Origin: a virus
Taxonomy: Duplodnaviria > Caudoviricetes
Virus record (IMG/VR): IMGVR_UViG_3300033182_000558
Coordinates: 1-57,172 of that record
Reading direction: 5' to 3' (one strand)
DNA length: 57,172 nt
The position numbers were made by a program, and so were the translations under genes. Below the pieces are notes generated by a model that was not told the DNA's origin, ran no database searches, and worked only from the letters and a program-made list of their open reading frames with translations. Below are positions 21,258 through 30,040 of this stretch, piece by piece (the stretch's first letter is position 1; the number at the start of each line of letters is the position of its first letter).

Positions 21258-22279
21258 TAGTACCAAATGTAACAAGTGAGTGGGGTGACTTAAAAGAAAT
21301 CATCATAGGTAATGCTCAAAACGCACAAATACCTACTGTAAAAGATAAATCACTCCATTGTATTGATTACGCCCATTTATCAGATGAGGAGTTTGAGAAT
21401 ATACCAACAGGGCCCTACCCACAACAAGTTATAGAAGAAAGTATCCACGACCTAGATGAATTACAAAAGACATTGGAAGGGTTGGGTATTAAAGTTTACA
21501 GACCAAATGATAATGACTTTACTATCAAACAGTCTAACGGAGAATGGGAAGTTGATGGATATTACAACTATTGTCCCCGTGACTCAATGTTGGTAATAGA
21601 AGATAAAGTATTATCTACACCAATGGCACTACGACAACGACAGTTTGAGGCTAATAACTTTAAACATTTATTTCACCCCGACCATTGGGTTGATTTACCC
21701 AAACCAAAGTTAATGGATAATATGTACAGTAGAGATGACTTGAGTATTCCTACATTAATGAACGAAGAACCCGCATTTGATGCTGCAAATATCTTAAAAG
21801 CAAATGACGATATTTTGTATTTAGTGAGTAACACGGGAAACAAGAAAGGAGCAGAACTATTACAGAATTGGTTAGACGAAAATACAACGAGAGATTATAA
21901 AGTTCATACCGCAGAAAACGTATATGCTTACATTCATATTGATACTACATTTGTATTGTTGAGAGAGGGGTTAGTATTGATAAATCCATCTCGTGTGAAT
22001 GATTACAATATGCCTGACTTTTTGAGAGATTGGGATAAAGTAATATGCCCCGAACCATACCCCACACAAGTTATGGATGATTGGTGCCCTGCGTCACCGT
22101 GGTTGGGTATGAATATTTTATCAGTAAATGATAAATGTGTAATTGTTGAAGAACACCAAGTACAATTAATGAGATTGTTAGACAAATGGGGTATAGAATC
22201 AATACCCATTAAAATGAGGCATAGTAGGACTTTATCAGGTGGGCCACATTGTGTGACACTTGACGTTGTTAGAACATAA
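21254..22279 (+). CDS. Amidinotransferase (glycine / inosamine-phosphate amidinotransferase family)
   Basis: SEWGDLKEIIIG, YCPRD, FDAAN (Asp), HIDTTF (His), GGPHCVTLD (Cys nucleophile). Confidence 0.92.
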   Translation: MIVPNVTSEWGDLKEIIIGNAQNAQIPTVKDKSLHCIDYAHLSDEEFENIPTGPYPQQVIEESIHDLDELQKTLEGLGIKVYRPNDNDFTIKQSNGEWEVDGYYNYCPRDSMLVIEDKVLSTPMALRQRQFEANNFKHLFHPDHWVDLPKPKLMDNMYSRDDLSIPTLMNEEPAFDAANILKANDDILYLVSNTGNKKGAELLQNWLDENTTRDYKVHTAENVYAYIHIDTTFVLLREGLVLINPSRVNDYNMPDFLRDWDKVICPEPYPTQVMDDWCPASPWLGMNILSVNDKCVIVEEHQVQLMRLLDKWGIESIPIKMRHSRTLSGGPHCVTLDVVRT

Positions 22280-22289
22280 AATAAAACAT

Positions 22290-23069
22290 ATGAAAACACA
22301 ATACCTTACAGAAGAAGAAAAACAACAGATGCTTTTTGATTGGAGATATAGAGGTTTTACCAATATAGAACTCCTAACAGAAGAAGAAGTTGATGAAGTA
22401 AATGAGGAGTTAGATAAACTCCGCAAAGAACGAACAGGAACTGAAGCCCCTGATGGAAATATTTGGGGTGAGTGGGAACCGTTTGCGTACCCACATAAAC
22501 TATCACCGAAGTTAGAAAAACTATTCGTACATCCAAAGATTATTGAGGCGTGTGAGTTTTTGATGGAGGGTGAAATTATGGGTATGCAGAGTTGGGCATA
22601 TTTTAAACCGCCGGGACAATTAGGTAGAGACCAACACCAAAACGCATTTTATACTCAATGTGGATTTAATGAGATTGTGAACGTCGCTATTGCGTTAGAC
22701 AACCACGACCCCGAGAATGGTGCAGTTTGGAACTTAGAGGGGTCACACCGACTTCCAATCTTACCTATTGAGATTGATGAGGAACGAACCAAAACCAATC
22801 CTGCATTTTGGAGAAACGAACGAGGTAAACCTTGTGTACTACCCGAAGGGCACGACTTTAAAAAGATAGAAGGATACCAACGGAAAGGAACAATGACTAT
22901 TCTTCACTCACACACAGTTCACGGTAGTGAGGAAAACAAGTCAAACCGAATGAGAAGAAACTACTTGGGTGGTTACTTAAAGAAAGGTGCAAACTTCTCA
23001 ACGGGTGGACAAATGAAACGAGAACCCATTGATGTTTATGAATTGAGAGAAAAACATTGGGGTGAATAA
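22290..23069 (+). CDS. PhyH-family dioxygenase
   Basis: YFKPPG...HQNAFY, IALD...ENG...GSH, VHGSEENKSNRMRR. Likely start ATG 22290. Confidence 0.85.
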   Translation: MKTQYLTEEEKQQMLFDWRYRGFTNIELLTEEEVDEVNEELDKLRKERTGTEAPDGNIWGEWEPFAYPHKLSPKLEKLFVHPKIIEACEFLMEGEIMGMQSWAYFKPPGQLGRDQHQNAFYTQCGFNEIVNVAIALDNHDPENGAVWNLEGSHRLPILPIEIDEERTKTNPAFWRNERGKPCVLPEGHDFKKIEGYQRKGTMTILHSHTVHGSEENKSNRMRRNYLGGYLKKGANFSTGGQMKREPIDVYELREKHWGE

Positions 23070-24037
23070 TGAGAATACTTGTTACAGGCGGAGCAGGTTA
23101 TTTAGGTAGTGTAATTGTAGAAGAACTACTTAGACATAAACACGAGGTAACTGTATTAGACAGTCTAAAGTTTAATCAGTTATCTCTTTTGGGTTATACA
23201 ACTAATAAACGTTTTAAGTTTGTATACGGTGATGTATCAAATAAAAAGTTATTAAAAGAGTTGTGTACCGATGTTGATGTGGTTATTCCATTGGCCGCAG
23301 TTGTTGGGTTTCCTGCGTGTGCCAAAGACCCTGAATTGGCTGAAAAGTTAAACTACCAACAAATAGTTGATATTTGTGAGTTTACAAATGGAAAAGCAAA
23401 GATACTCTATCCAAACACTAATAGTGGGTATGGGGTTGGCGAATCTAACCAACATTGTACGGAAGAATCACCGTTAAATCCTATATCACACTATGGTGTA
23501 ACCAAGGTAAAAGCAGAAGAGTTTTTACGGACTTATACTGATGCAATCTGTTTTAGATTTGCAACTGTATTTGGTTCTTCACCTAGAATGAGAATAGACT
23601 TACTTGTAAATGAGTTTGTATACAAAGCATTGACCGATAAATATATTGTAGTATTTGAACCACATTTTAAACGAAACTACATTCACGTTAGAGATGTGGC
23701 AAGAGTGTTTACTCATATGATTGATAGATTTGATAAACATAAAGGAAATGTATATAATGTAGGACTATCTGATGCCAATTTATCAAAGTTAGAGTTATTA
23801 CATAAAATCAAAAAGTATATACCTGACTTTGCAATAAACACATCAGACTACTATGAAGACCCCGACAAAAGGGACTATGTAGTATTAAATGATAAAGTTG
23901 AAGCTACGGGATGGAAACCTTCCTATACTATTGGTGATGGGATACAAGAACTTATCAAAACATATCAAATGATAGTACCACGTCTATCATCAGAGTTTAG
24001 GAATGGCTTTCCACTTGGATACGCAAACACATTATGA
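23069..24037 (+). CDS. NAD-dependent epimerase/dehydratase (extended SDR)
   Basis: ILVTGGAGYLGS, YGVTK, RFATVFGSSPRMR. Confidence 0.92.
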   Translation: MRILVTGGAGYLGSVIVEELLRHKHEVTVLDSLKFNQLSLLGYTTNKRFKFVYGDVSNKKLLKELCTDVDVVIPLAAVVGFPACAKDPELAEKLNYQQIVDICEFTNGKAKILYPNTNSGYGVGESNQHCTEESPLNPISHYGVTKVKAEEFLRTYTDAICFRFATVFGSSPRMRIDLLVNEFVYKALTDKYIVVFEPHFKRNYIHVRDVARVFTHMIDRFDKHKGNVYNVGLSDANLSKLELLHKIKKYIPDFAINTSDYYEDPDKRDYVVLNDKVEATGWKPSYTIGDGIQELIKTYQMIVPRLSSEFRNGFPLGYANTL

Positions 24038-24582
24038 GTTACAAGGATAAGAGATGGGATGAGTACGAATGTTCTTACCTAAAAACATTTGGTAAGGACG
24101 TGGAGGTTTACACACCCTCTGTTTACAGAGAACACCGAGGAGAAATATGGACTACGCTACAAACCGAAACTCACCCATCTCTTCTTAGATTTCAAGAATA
24201 TAACTTTACACTACACGATAGGTTTTCTCAATCATACAAAGGAGTTCTTAGGGGACTACACTATGATGATAAAACTTGGAAGTTAGTTCAATCAGTAGTT
24301 GGTGATATTTACTTAGTGGTTTTAGATGTGAGGGAAAACTCATCAACTTATGGGAAGTGGGAAAGTTATATCTTATCAGACAAAACAAGAGACCAAGTAT
24401 TGATACCGCCAGGATTTGCTAATGGACATTACGCCCTAACCGATTGTGTGTTTCATTACAATATGATGTATAAGGGTGATTATGTTGGTGTAGATAATCA
24501 AGGTGTAATCAAATGGAATGATGAACGATTTGATATGAAATGGCCGAACGATAACCCAATAATGAGTGAAAGAGATAAATGA
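24034..24582 (+). CDS. rmlC: dTDP-4-dehydrorhamnose 3,5-epimerase family
   Basis: SYKGVLRGLH, KLVQSVVG...VVLDVRENSSTYGKW, IPPGFANGH, SERD. Confidence 0.85.
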   Translation: MSYKDKRWDEYECSYLKTFGKDVEVYTPSVYREHRGEIWTTLQTETHPSLLRFQEYNFTLHDRFSQSYKGVLRGLHYDDKTWKLVQSVVGDIYLVVLDVRENSSTYGKWESYILSDKTRDQVLIPPGFANGHYALTDCVFHYNMMYKGDYVGVDNQGVIKWNDERFDMKWPNDNPIMSERDK

Positions 24583-25208
24583 AAAATTTAGAGCAATACC
24601 CAATAGTTAAAGAATCACTATATACTGAATCAGAACTTATTGAGTTTGAGAATGAGATTATAGAACAATGGGAAGGTGGTAATATCCGAGGCCCTGTTCA
24701 CTTATCTCACGGAAACGAAAAACAATTGATTGAGATATTTAAACGAATATCACCAACCGATTATGTATTTTCTACTTGGAGGTCACACTACCACGCTCTT
24801 CTCCACGGGGTAGATAAACAATGGTTATACGACCACATCTTGGAGGGTAGAAGTATTAGTGTTGTGAATAAAGAAAATAACTTTTACTCATCCGCCATCG
24901 TAGGTGGAATACTACCTATCGCGTTGGGAGTTGCAAAAGCACAAAAACTAAAAGTTAGTGATACAACTGTTTGGGTATTTATTGGTGATATGACATTTGA
25001 GACAGGTGGGTTTTATGAAGTTCATAAGTACGCACAACGTTTTGATTTACCAATTCGTTTTGTAGTAGAAGACAATGGATTCTCTACCAATACACCTACA
25101 AAAGATACTTGGAATGGTGTGACAAGAGAATTACCCAACGATGTTGTTAGATATGAATATCAGTCAAAGTATCCACATTACGGGACAGGAAAATGGGTAG
25201 TATTCTAA
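24579..25208 (+). CDS. TPP-dependent enzyme, E1-alpha-like subunit
   Basis: GPVHLSHGNE, STWRSHYHAL, SAIVGG, VFIGD...EDNG (TPP-binding motif). Confidence 0.88.
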   Translation: MKNLEQYPIVKESLYTESELIEFENEIIEQWEGGNIRGPVHLSHGNEKQLIEIFKRISPTDYVFSTWRSHYHALLHGVDKQWLYDHILEGRSISVVNKENNFYSSAIVGGILPIALGVAKAQKLKVSDTTVWVFIGDMTFETGGFYEVHKYAQRFDLPIRFVVEDNGFSTNTPTKDTWNGVTRELPNDVVRYEYQSKYPHYGTGKWVVF

Positions 25209-26287
25209 ACTTTGTATTCCCCGATAACCCTGAACTTAAACAGGGGCCTATTGTAAATTACATACAATCAAATTATTCTTATACTGATAATTTTAAATTA
25301 CGAGACGGTTATAAGAATATAATAGTTATAGAAACTGTTGGTGATAGTGAACATAACGAACACTTTTTAAATATTATTGATTTTCTCAAACAGATAAAAT
25401 GTAAGGTATTACTTTGTTTCATCGCAGACCCCGTAAATGATATAAAATTAAATAGAATTAGAAAATTACTAGATGGTATAGATTATAAAATACTATCAAG
25501 TGATGTTTCATCAAAATATAGTGATGTTATTTCATTTGACTATTTTTTAGAAGAAAGTACTTGGGATATGTATAATCATTTTTTTAGTAATAATCATAAT
25601 GATTTAGGTTATAAGAGTAAGGATATAAAAATTAAAGAACTAGATAATTTCAGAAATTACAAGTTTTTATCTTTTAATAGAAATATGCAAAAACCACATA
25701 GATTGGGTTTATTTTTTCTTTATCTATTAGAACTACACAAAGAATCATTGTGTAGTTTTTTGTTTTTTGAGGGAGAAACACCACCTATTTACACACCCAA
25801 CGATTATGTTGATGGTTGGGAATCTAAATTACCTATTGAGTTAGACACCGTTGGTGATTTGACTAGTTTTAGAGTAAGTGATACATTTAAAAAAGAATTG
25901 TTTTTAGACACGTGTATTAACATAGTAACGGAAACATCCTTTAATGATAATGAATTATTTTTATCAGAAAAGATATTAAAACCCATATTAATGTATCAAC
26001 CATTTATTGTATTAGGCCCTGTTGGTTATTTAGAACGACTCAAAATTTATGGGTTCAAAACATTTTCAGACTTTTGGGACGAGAGTTACGATGAAATAGA
26101 AGACCCTACCGCTCGTTATAATAAAGTCAGAGAACTTATTTTATCACTAAATAAGATGAGTATAGAGGAAATGAACGAATTATACCAAAAGACAAAAGAA
26201 ATTTGTATATTCAATAGACAACTACATCAAAGTATGTATATAAACTCAATCCCAAAAATATTAGAAGAGATAGAAAATGAATGGTAA
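25193..26287 (+). CDS. 'TEK/DESYD' family protein, copy 3
   Basis: FLSFNR...PHR, INIVTET...LSEKILKP...QPFIVLG...GFKTFSDFWDESYD. Confidence 0.6.
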   Translation: MGSILNFVFPDNPELKQGPIVNYIQSNYSYTDNFKLRDGYKNIIVIETVGDSEHNEHFLNIIDFLKQIKCKVLLCFIADPVNDIKLNRIRKLLDGIDYKILSSDVSSKYSDVISFDYFLEESTWDMYNHFFSNNHNDLGYKSKDIKIKELDNFRNYKFLSFNRNMQKPHRLGLFFLYLLELHKESLCSFLFFEGETPPIYTPNDYVDGWESKLPIELDTVGDLTSFRVSDTFKKELFLDTCINIVTETSFNDNELFLSEKILKPILMYQPFIVLGPVGYLERLKIYGFKTFSDFWDESYDEIEDPTARYNKVRELILSLNKMSIEEMNELYQKTKEICIFNRQLHQSMYINSIPKILEEIENEW

Positions 26288-27215
26288 AAAGGTTTTAATT
26301 ACAGGTTGTGGCGGATTAGTTGGAACTCATTTAGTTCACAAACTATTAGAAAAAAATTATTATGTAGTTGGTGTAGATTTATATCAATCGGATAATTTAC
26401 CAAAAGATGATAAGTTTACATTTCATAATATGGATTTAAGAGACCCATATGATGTTAATGTATTATTTAGTGAATACCAATTCGGTGGTGTAATAAATGC
26501 TTTCGGTATCAAAGGTTCTCCTATGAGAGCAAAAGAAAAACCAATAGATTTTTTAGAACCATCAATTAAGGTAAATACTAATATTATTGATAATTGTGTA
26601 AAAAGAAAGATTTGGTTAGTGTTTATGAGTTCAGTTGGTGTTTATGAACCAGCCGAAGAATTTGTAGAAGATACTGTATGGAAAACATTACCATCATCAA
26701 ACGATTGGTTCCCATCGTGGAGTAAAAGAATACCTGAATTATATTTGGAGGCATACAAGATTCAAGAGGGTTATAATAAATGGACGATTGTAAGACCAGC
26801 AAACATATTTGGTGAGTATGATAACTTCGGTGAAGGTGCAACTGTAATCGGAGCAACTTGTAGAAAAGTTTATGAATCAGATGGTGAGATTGAAGCATGG
26901 GGAGATGGTACACCAACGAGAGATTTTATCTACGCTGGAGATGTTGCTGATGGTTGTATTAAGTGTTTAGAGAAAGAACTACACATTACTACTAATTTGG
27001 GTAGTGGAGAAGAGATATCAATTAAAAGAATGATTGAAACGGTATCTAAAGTAAGTGGTAAAGAAATAAAAATTAATTGGGATACATCCAAACCCAATGG
27101 TGATATGAGAAGAAGAATGAGTACTAAAATACAAGAACAATTCGGATTATTACCAAAACTTGGATTTGAAGAAGGAATAAAAGAAACATACAAATATTAT
27201 GAAAAAACAAGATAA
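26277..27215 (+). CDS. NDP-sugar epimerase/reductase (GDP-L-fucose synthase-like SDR)
   Basis: LITGCGGLVG, RPANIFGEYDNF, WGDGTPTRDFIY, WDTSKPNG. Confidence 0.85.
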   Translation: MNGKKVLITGCGGLVGTHLVHKLLEKNYYVVGVDLYQSDNLPKDDKFTFHNMDLRDPYDVNVLFSEYQFGGVINAFGIKGSPMRAKEKPIDFLEPSIKVNTNIIDNCVKRKIWLVFMSSVGVYEPAEEFVEDTVWKTLPSSNDWFPSWSKRIPELYLEAYKIQEGYNKWTIVRPANIFGEYDNFGEGATVIGATCRKVYESDGEIEAWGDGTPTRDFIYAGDVADGCIKCLEKELHITTNLGSGEEISIKRMIETVSKVSGKEIKINWDTSKPNGDMRRRMSTKIQEQFGLLPKLGFEEGIKETYKYYEKTR

Positions 27216-28182
27216 AATATTAGTTACAGGTGCAAGTGGATTTATAGGTTCACGATTACTTAAAATGTTACACGAGTTGGGTTACACCAACTTACGTGCT
27301 ACTTCTTGGAGTAGAGATTTACGAGATGACTTTGGGGGTGTAGAACACATTAAAGGAAACCTACAAGACGCAGACTTTTGTGAAGTTGTATCAAAAGATG
27401 TTGATGTTGTATTTCATTGTGCCGCAAATACATCAAACGCATTAGACACACAATACAATCCATTACTTCACGTAACTCCAAACATTGAGATGAATGTAAA
27501 TCTTATGGAACAGAGTTGGAAAAATGACGTTAGAAAGTTTATGTTTATCTCATCTAACACAACATACCCTGATATGGGGATGGAACCGTGTACGGAAGAT
27601 ATAGAAGTGCAAACACCTGATATTGTACCTGTTTACAAAGCAGTTGGTTGGATGAAACGGTATTGTGAAACATTGTGTGATTTCTTCTCCAACCAAATCC
27701 ACAATCCAATGCAGTGTATTATTATTAGACCATCCAATGCGTTTGGGCCTAACGATAAGTATGACTTTGAGAAATGCCACGTAACACCTGCGAATATCCG
27801 TAAAGTTGCAGACGGACTGAATCCAATTCCACTTTGGGGTGATGGTACAGAAGTACGAGATGTAATCCACGTGGACGATATGGTGAGTGGGTTTATTACA
27901 GTTGCTGAAAAAGTTGATACTTATGACATCTATAATGTAAGTTATGGAGAAGGATATACAGTAATGGAAGTTCTCAATACAATCAAAGAAATTGAGAACA
28001 ATGACAACCCTGTTGAGTTTGTAAATAATAAGGCTCCAATGATTCCTTACCGACTACTAGACAACAGTAAACTACGAAGTCTTGGGTGGGAACCAAAGTG
28101 GAACTTACGAAGTGGGTTAGAAGATGCACTTGAGTGGTATAAAGAAAACAAAGACCAATTTGACCCAAACTCCAAACCATAA
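27199..28182 (+). CDS. NDP-sugar epimerase/reductase (GDP-L-fucose synthase-like SDR)
   Basis: LVTGASGFIG, RPSNAFGPND, WGDGTEVRDVIHVDD. Confidence 0.85.
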   Translation: MKKQDKILVTGASGFIGSRLLKMLHELGYTNLRATSWSRDLRDDFGGVEHIKGNLQDADFCEVVSKDVDVVFHCAANTSNALDTQYNPLLHVTPNIEMNVNLMEQSWKNDVRKFMFISSNTTYPDMGMEPCTEDIEVQTPDIVPVYKAVGWMKRYCETLCDFFSNQIHNPMQCIIIRPSNAFGPNDKYDFEKCHVTPANIRKVADGLNPIPLWGDGTEVRDVIHVDDMVSGFITVAEKVDTYDIYNVSYGEGYTVMEVLNTIKEIENNDNPVEFVNNKAPMIPYRLLDNSKLRSLGWEPKWNLRSGLEDALEWYKENKDQFDPNSKP

Positions 28183-28730
28183 TGAGTAATCCTCAATTTA
28201 CACCATACGTAGATGCTTTGACAGACTCAATGAGTATGTTGATGGAAGACCCTGATACTATATTTGTAGGGCAACAGATTGTGTATTATGGAAACCCGAT
28301 GAGTAAAACTATTGAGGGACTACCAAAGTGGAGAATGATAGAAACACCCGTAATGGAGGAAACCCAAATGGGTATGAGTCTTGGGTTGGCTATGGCAGGC
28401 TATCGTGTAGTTTCTTTCTATCCTCGTTGGGATTTTTTAATTTGTGCTATGAATCAATTAGTCAATCACGTTGATAAGATACGACTGATGAGTGATGATG
28501 AATGGAAACCACGATTGATTATTAGAGTAGGTAAGGGTAGTGATAAACCACTTGACCCCGGCCACCAACACAAGGGGAACTACACCGAACAAGTTAAACG
28601 AATGTTGGTTGATACTCCTGTAATCAATCTAAACTCTTACAACAAAATTAGAGACGGTTATGAGATGGCTATGAATCACGATGGCCCTATCATAATGGTT
28701 GAGTACCCTGAATTATATTACGAGTCATAA
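28182..28730 (+). CDS. TPP-dependent enzyme, E1-beta/transketolase pyrimidine-binding subunit (short)
   Basis: IETPVMEETQMGMSLGLAMAG, DFLICAMNQLVN, PGHQH. No C-terminal domain. Confidence 0.85.
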   Translation: MSNPQFTPYVDALTDSMSMLMEDPDTIFVGQQIVYYGNPMSKTIEGLPKWRMIETPVMEETQMGMSLGLAMAGYRVVSFYPRWDFLICAMNQLVNHVDKIRLMSDDEWKPRLIIRVGKGSDKPLDPGHQHKGNYTEQVKRMLVDTPVINLNSYNKIRDGYEMAMNHDGPIIMVEYPELYYES

Positions 28731-28849
28731 TGATTAAAAAGATACTACAATACTTTAAGAAACGAAAACAAGAAAAAGAGTTAGAAAGACGTTATAGAGA
28801 ACGTTTGGAAGAACTCAAAAAACGAGACCCATTTGTATATAAAAAATGA
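28730..28849 (+). CDS. Small basic protein (39 aa, ends KKRDPFVYKK), missed by the ORF track
   Basis: ATG overlaps the upstream TAA (TAATG) and its TGA overlaps the next ATG (ATGA). Confidence 0.75.
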   Translation: MIKKILQYFKKRKQEKELERRYRERLEELKKRDPFVYKK

Positions 28850-29256
28850 GTAGAAAGTATTTACCTACATTATCAGAACTAATTGACCGACTGTCTATCG
28901 TACAGTTAAAAGAAGTGTTTATCCCCGAACACAAAGATGAATACTCACAAGAGATAAAAGACATTGTACACGACATAAACGAGATATTATCAGAATCAGA
29001 AGAACTTACTATTGATGGTGACTTTGTTAGGTCTATTGTTGTATTATCTCAAATGAACCTACATATCTGGCATAATGAATCTAATTACCGTAAAGGTATT
29101 AAAGATGGTAATAACTTGGAACTAACACACGGACTAAACGGAATACGTAATACCGCTAAAAACAAAATACAAGAAAAAGTTGGTGGTAGAAAAGATTACA
29201 AGATTGATTGTTTGGCCGCTGACTTTAAAGATTGGGAAATTAGTTGGGAGAAATAA
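28846..29256 (+). CDS. Helical hypothetical protein (DUF4254-like)
   Basis: TLSELIDRLSIVQLK...NLHIWHNE...NGIRN; proteins of this kind are often found in glycan clusters. Confidence 0.5.
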   Translation: MSRKYLPTLSELIDRLSIVQLKEVFIPEHKDEYSQEIKDIVHDINEILSESEELTIDGDFVRSIVVLSQMNLHIWHNESNYRKGIKDGNNLELTHGLNGIRNTAKNKIQEKVGGRKDYKIDCLAADFKDWEISWEK

Positions 29257-29257
29257 T

Positions 29258-30040
29258 ATGATAAATAAAAAAACTGAATGGGAAGAGAATAAAAAGAAGT
29301 ATGGATTTGGTAGAACCAAAGTAGATAATTTTTTAGACGAAGATACTGTATATAAGTTGTATGAAGAATGTATGAACGCACCCAAAGGAGGTTGGACTGT
29401 ATTTACACGGGCAGGTTCTCGTATGGAAGAGTTTAATGATTTAATCTCCCTACCAACCGCACACAAAGTAACCTATGATATAATGCATTCGGGTGAGTTC
29501 TTATATGAGTTAGAACAGATGACGGGGATTGTTGGATTACTACCCGACCCACATTTGGTTGGTGCAGGTTATTCTATTATTAGAAACGGAAAAACCCTTG
29601 GTTGTCATTATGATTTTAATTGGAATGACCGAATACGACTACACCGAAAACTAACATCACTACTTTACATCACACCCGATTGGAAAGATGAATGGGGAGG
29701 ACATATTCAGTATTATGATGATAATGTAGATGTAAACCCTAATGCTAATTTGATTGAGTCTGTATCTCCACGGTTTAACCGATTTGTAATCAATGAAAAT
29801 GTCAAACAAGGCCCATACCACCGAGTAAGTCAAGTGGACGCACCTGATAGTTACGCTAGATGTGCTATTAGATTTTTCTATTACATATCAACATCGGAGT
29901 ATGATAAAGACAATCCACCACACCGTAGTACGTACAAGACAAACGAATACTCACATCACAAACTTCACGAGGAAGAAAATTGGGATGGACACTTTGTTGG
30001 ACAAGGTGGTGAAGATTATGGATATACTCCAAAGAAATAA
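29258..30040 (+). CDS. 2OG-Fe(II) oxygenase (prolyl-hydroxylase-like)
   Basis: LLPDPHLVGAG, HYDFN (HxD), WKDEWGG, PRFNR, YHRV...R. Likely start ATG 29258. Confidence 0.88.
   Translation: MINKKTEWEENKKKYGFGRTKVDNFLDEDTVYKLYEECMNAPKGGWTVFTRAGSRMEEFNDLISLPTAHKVTYDIMHSGEFLYELEQMTGIVGLLPDPHLVGAGYSIIRNGKTLGCHYDFNWNDRIRLHRKLTSLLYITPDWKDEWGGHIQYYDDNVDVNPNANLIESVSPRFNRFVINENVKQGPYHRVSQVDAPDSYARCAIRFFYYISTSEYDKDNPPHRSTYKTNEYSHHKLHEEENWDGHFVGQGGEDYGYTPKK

Noticed and set aside
24579-28730. Pyruvate dehydrogenase as a metabolic AMG
   Set aside because: The subunits are short, there is no E2/E3, and they sit among NDP-sugar genes.
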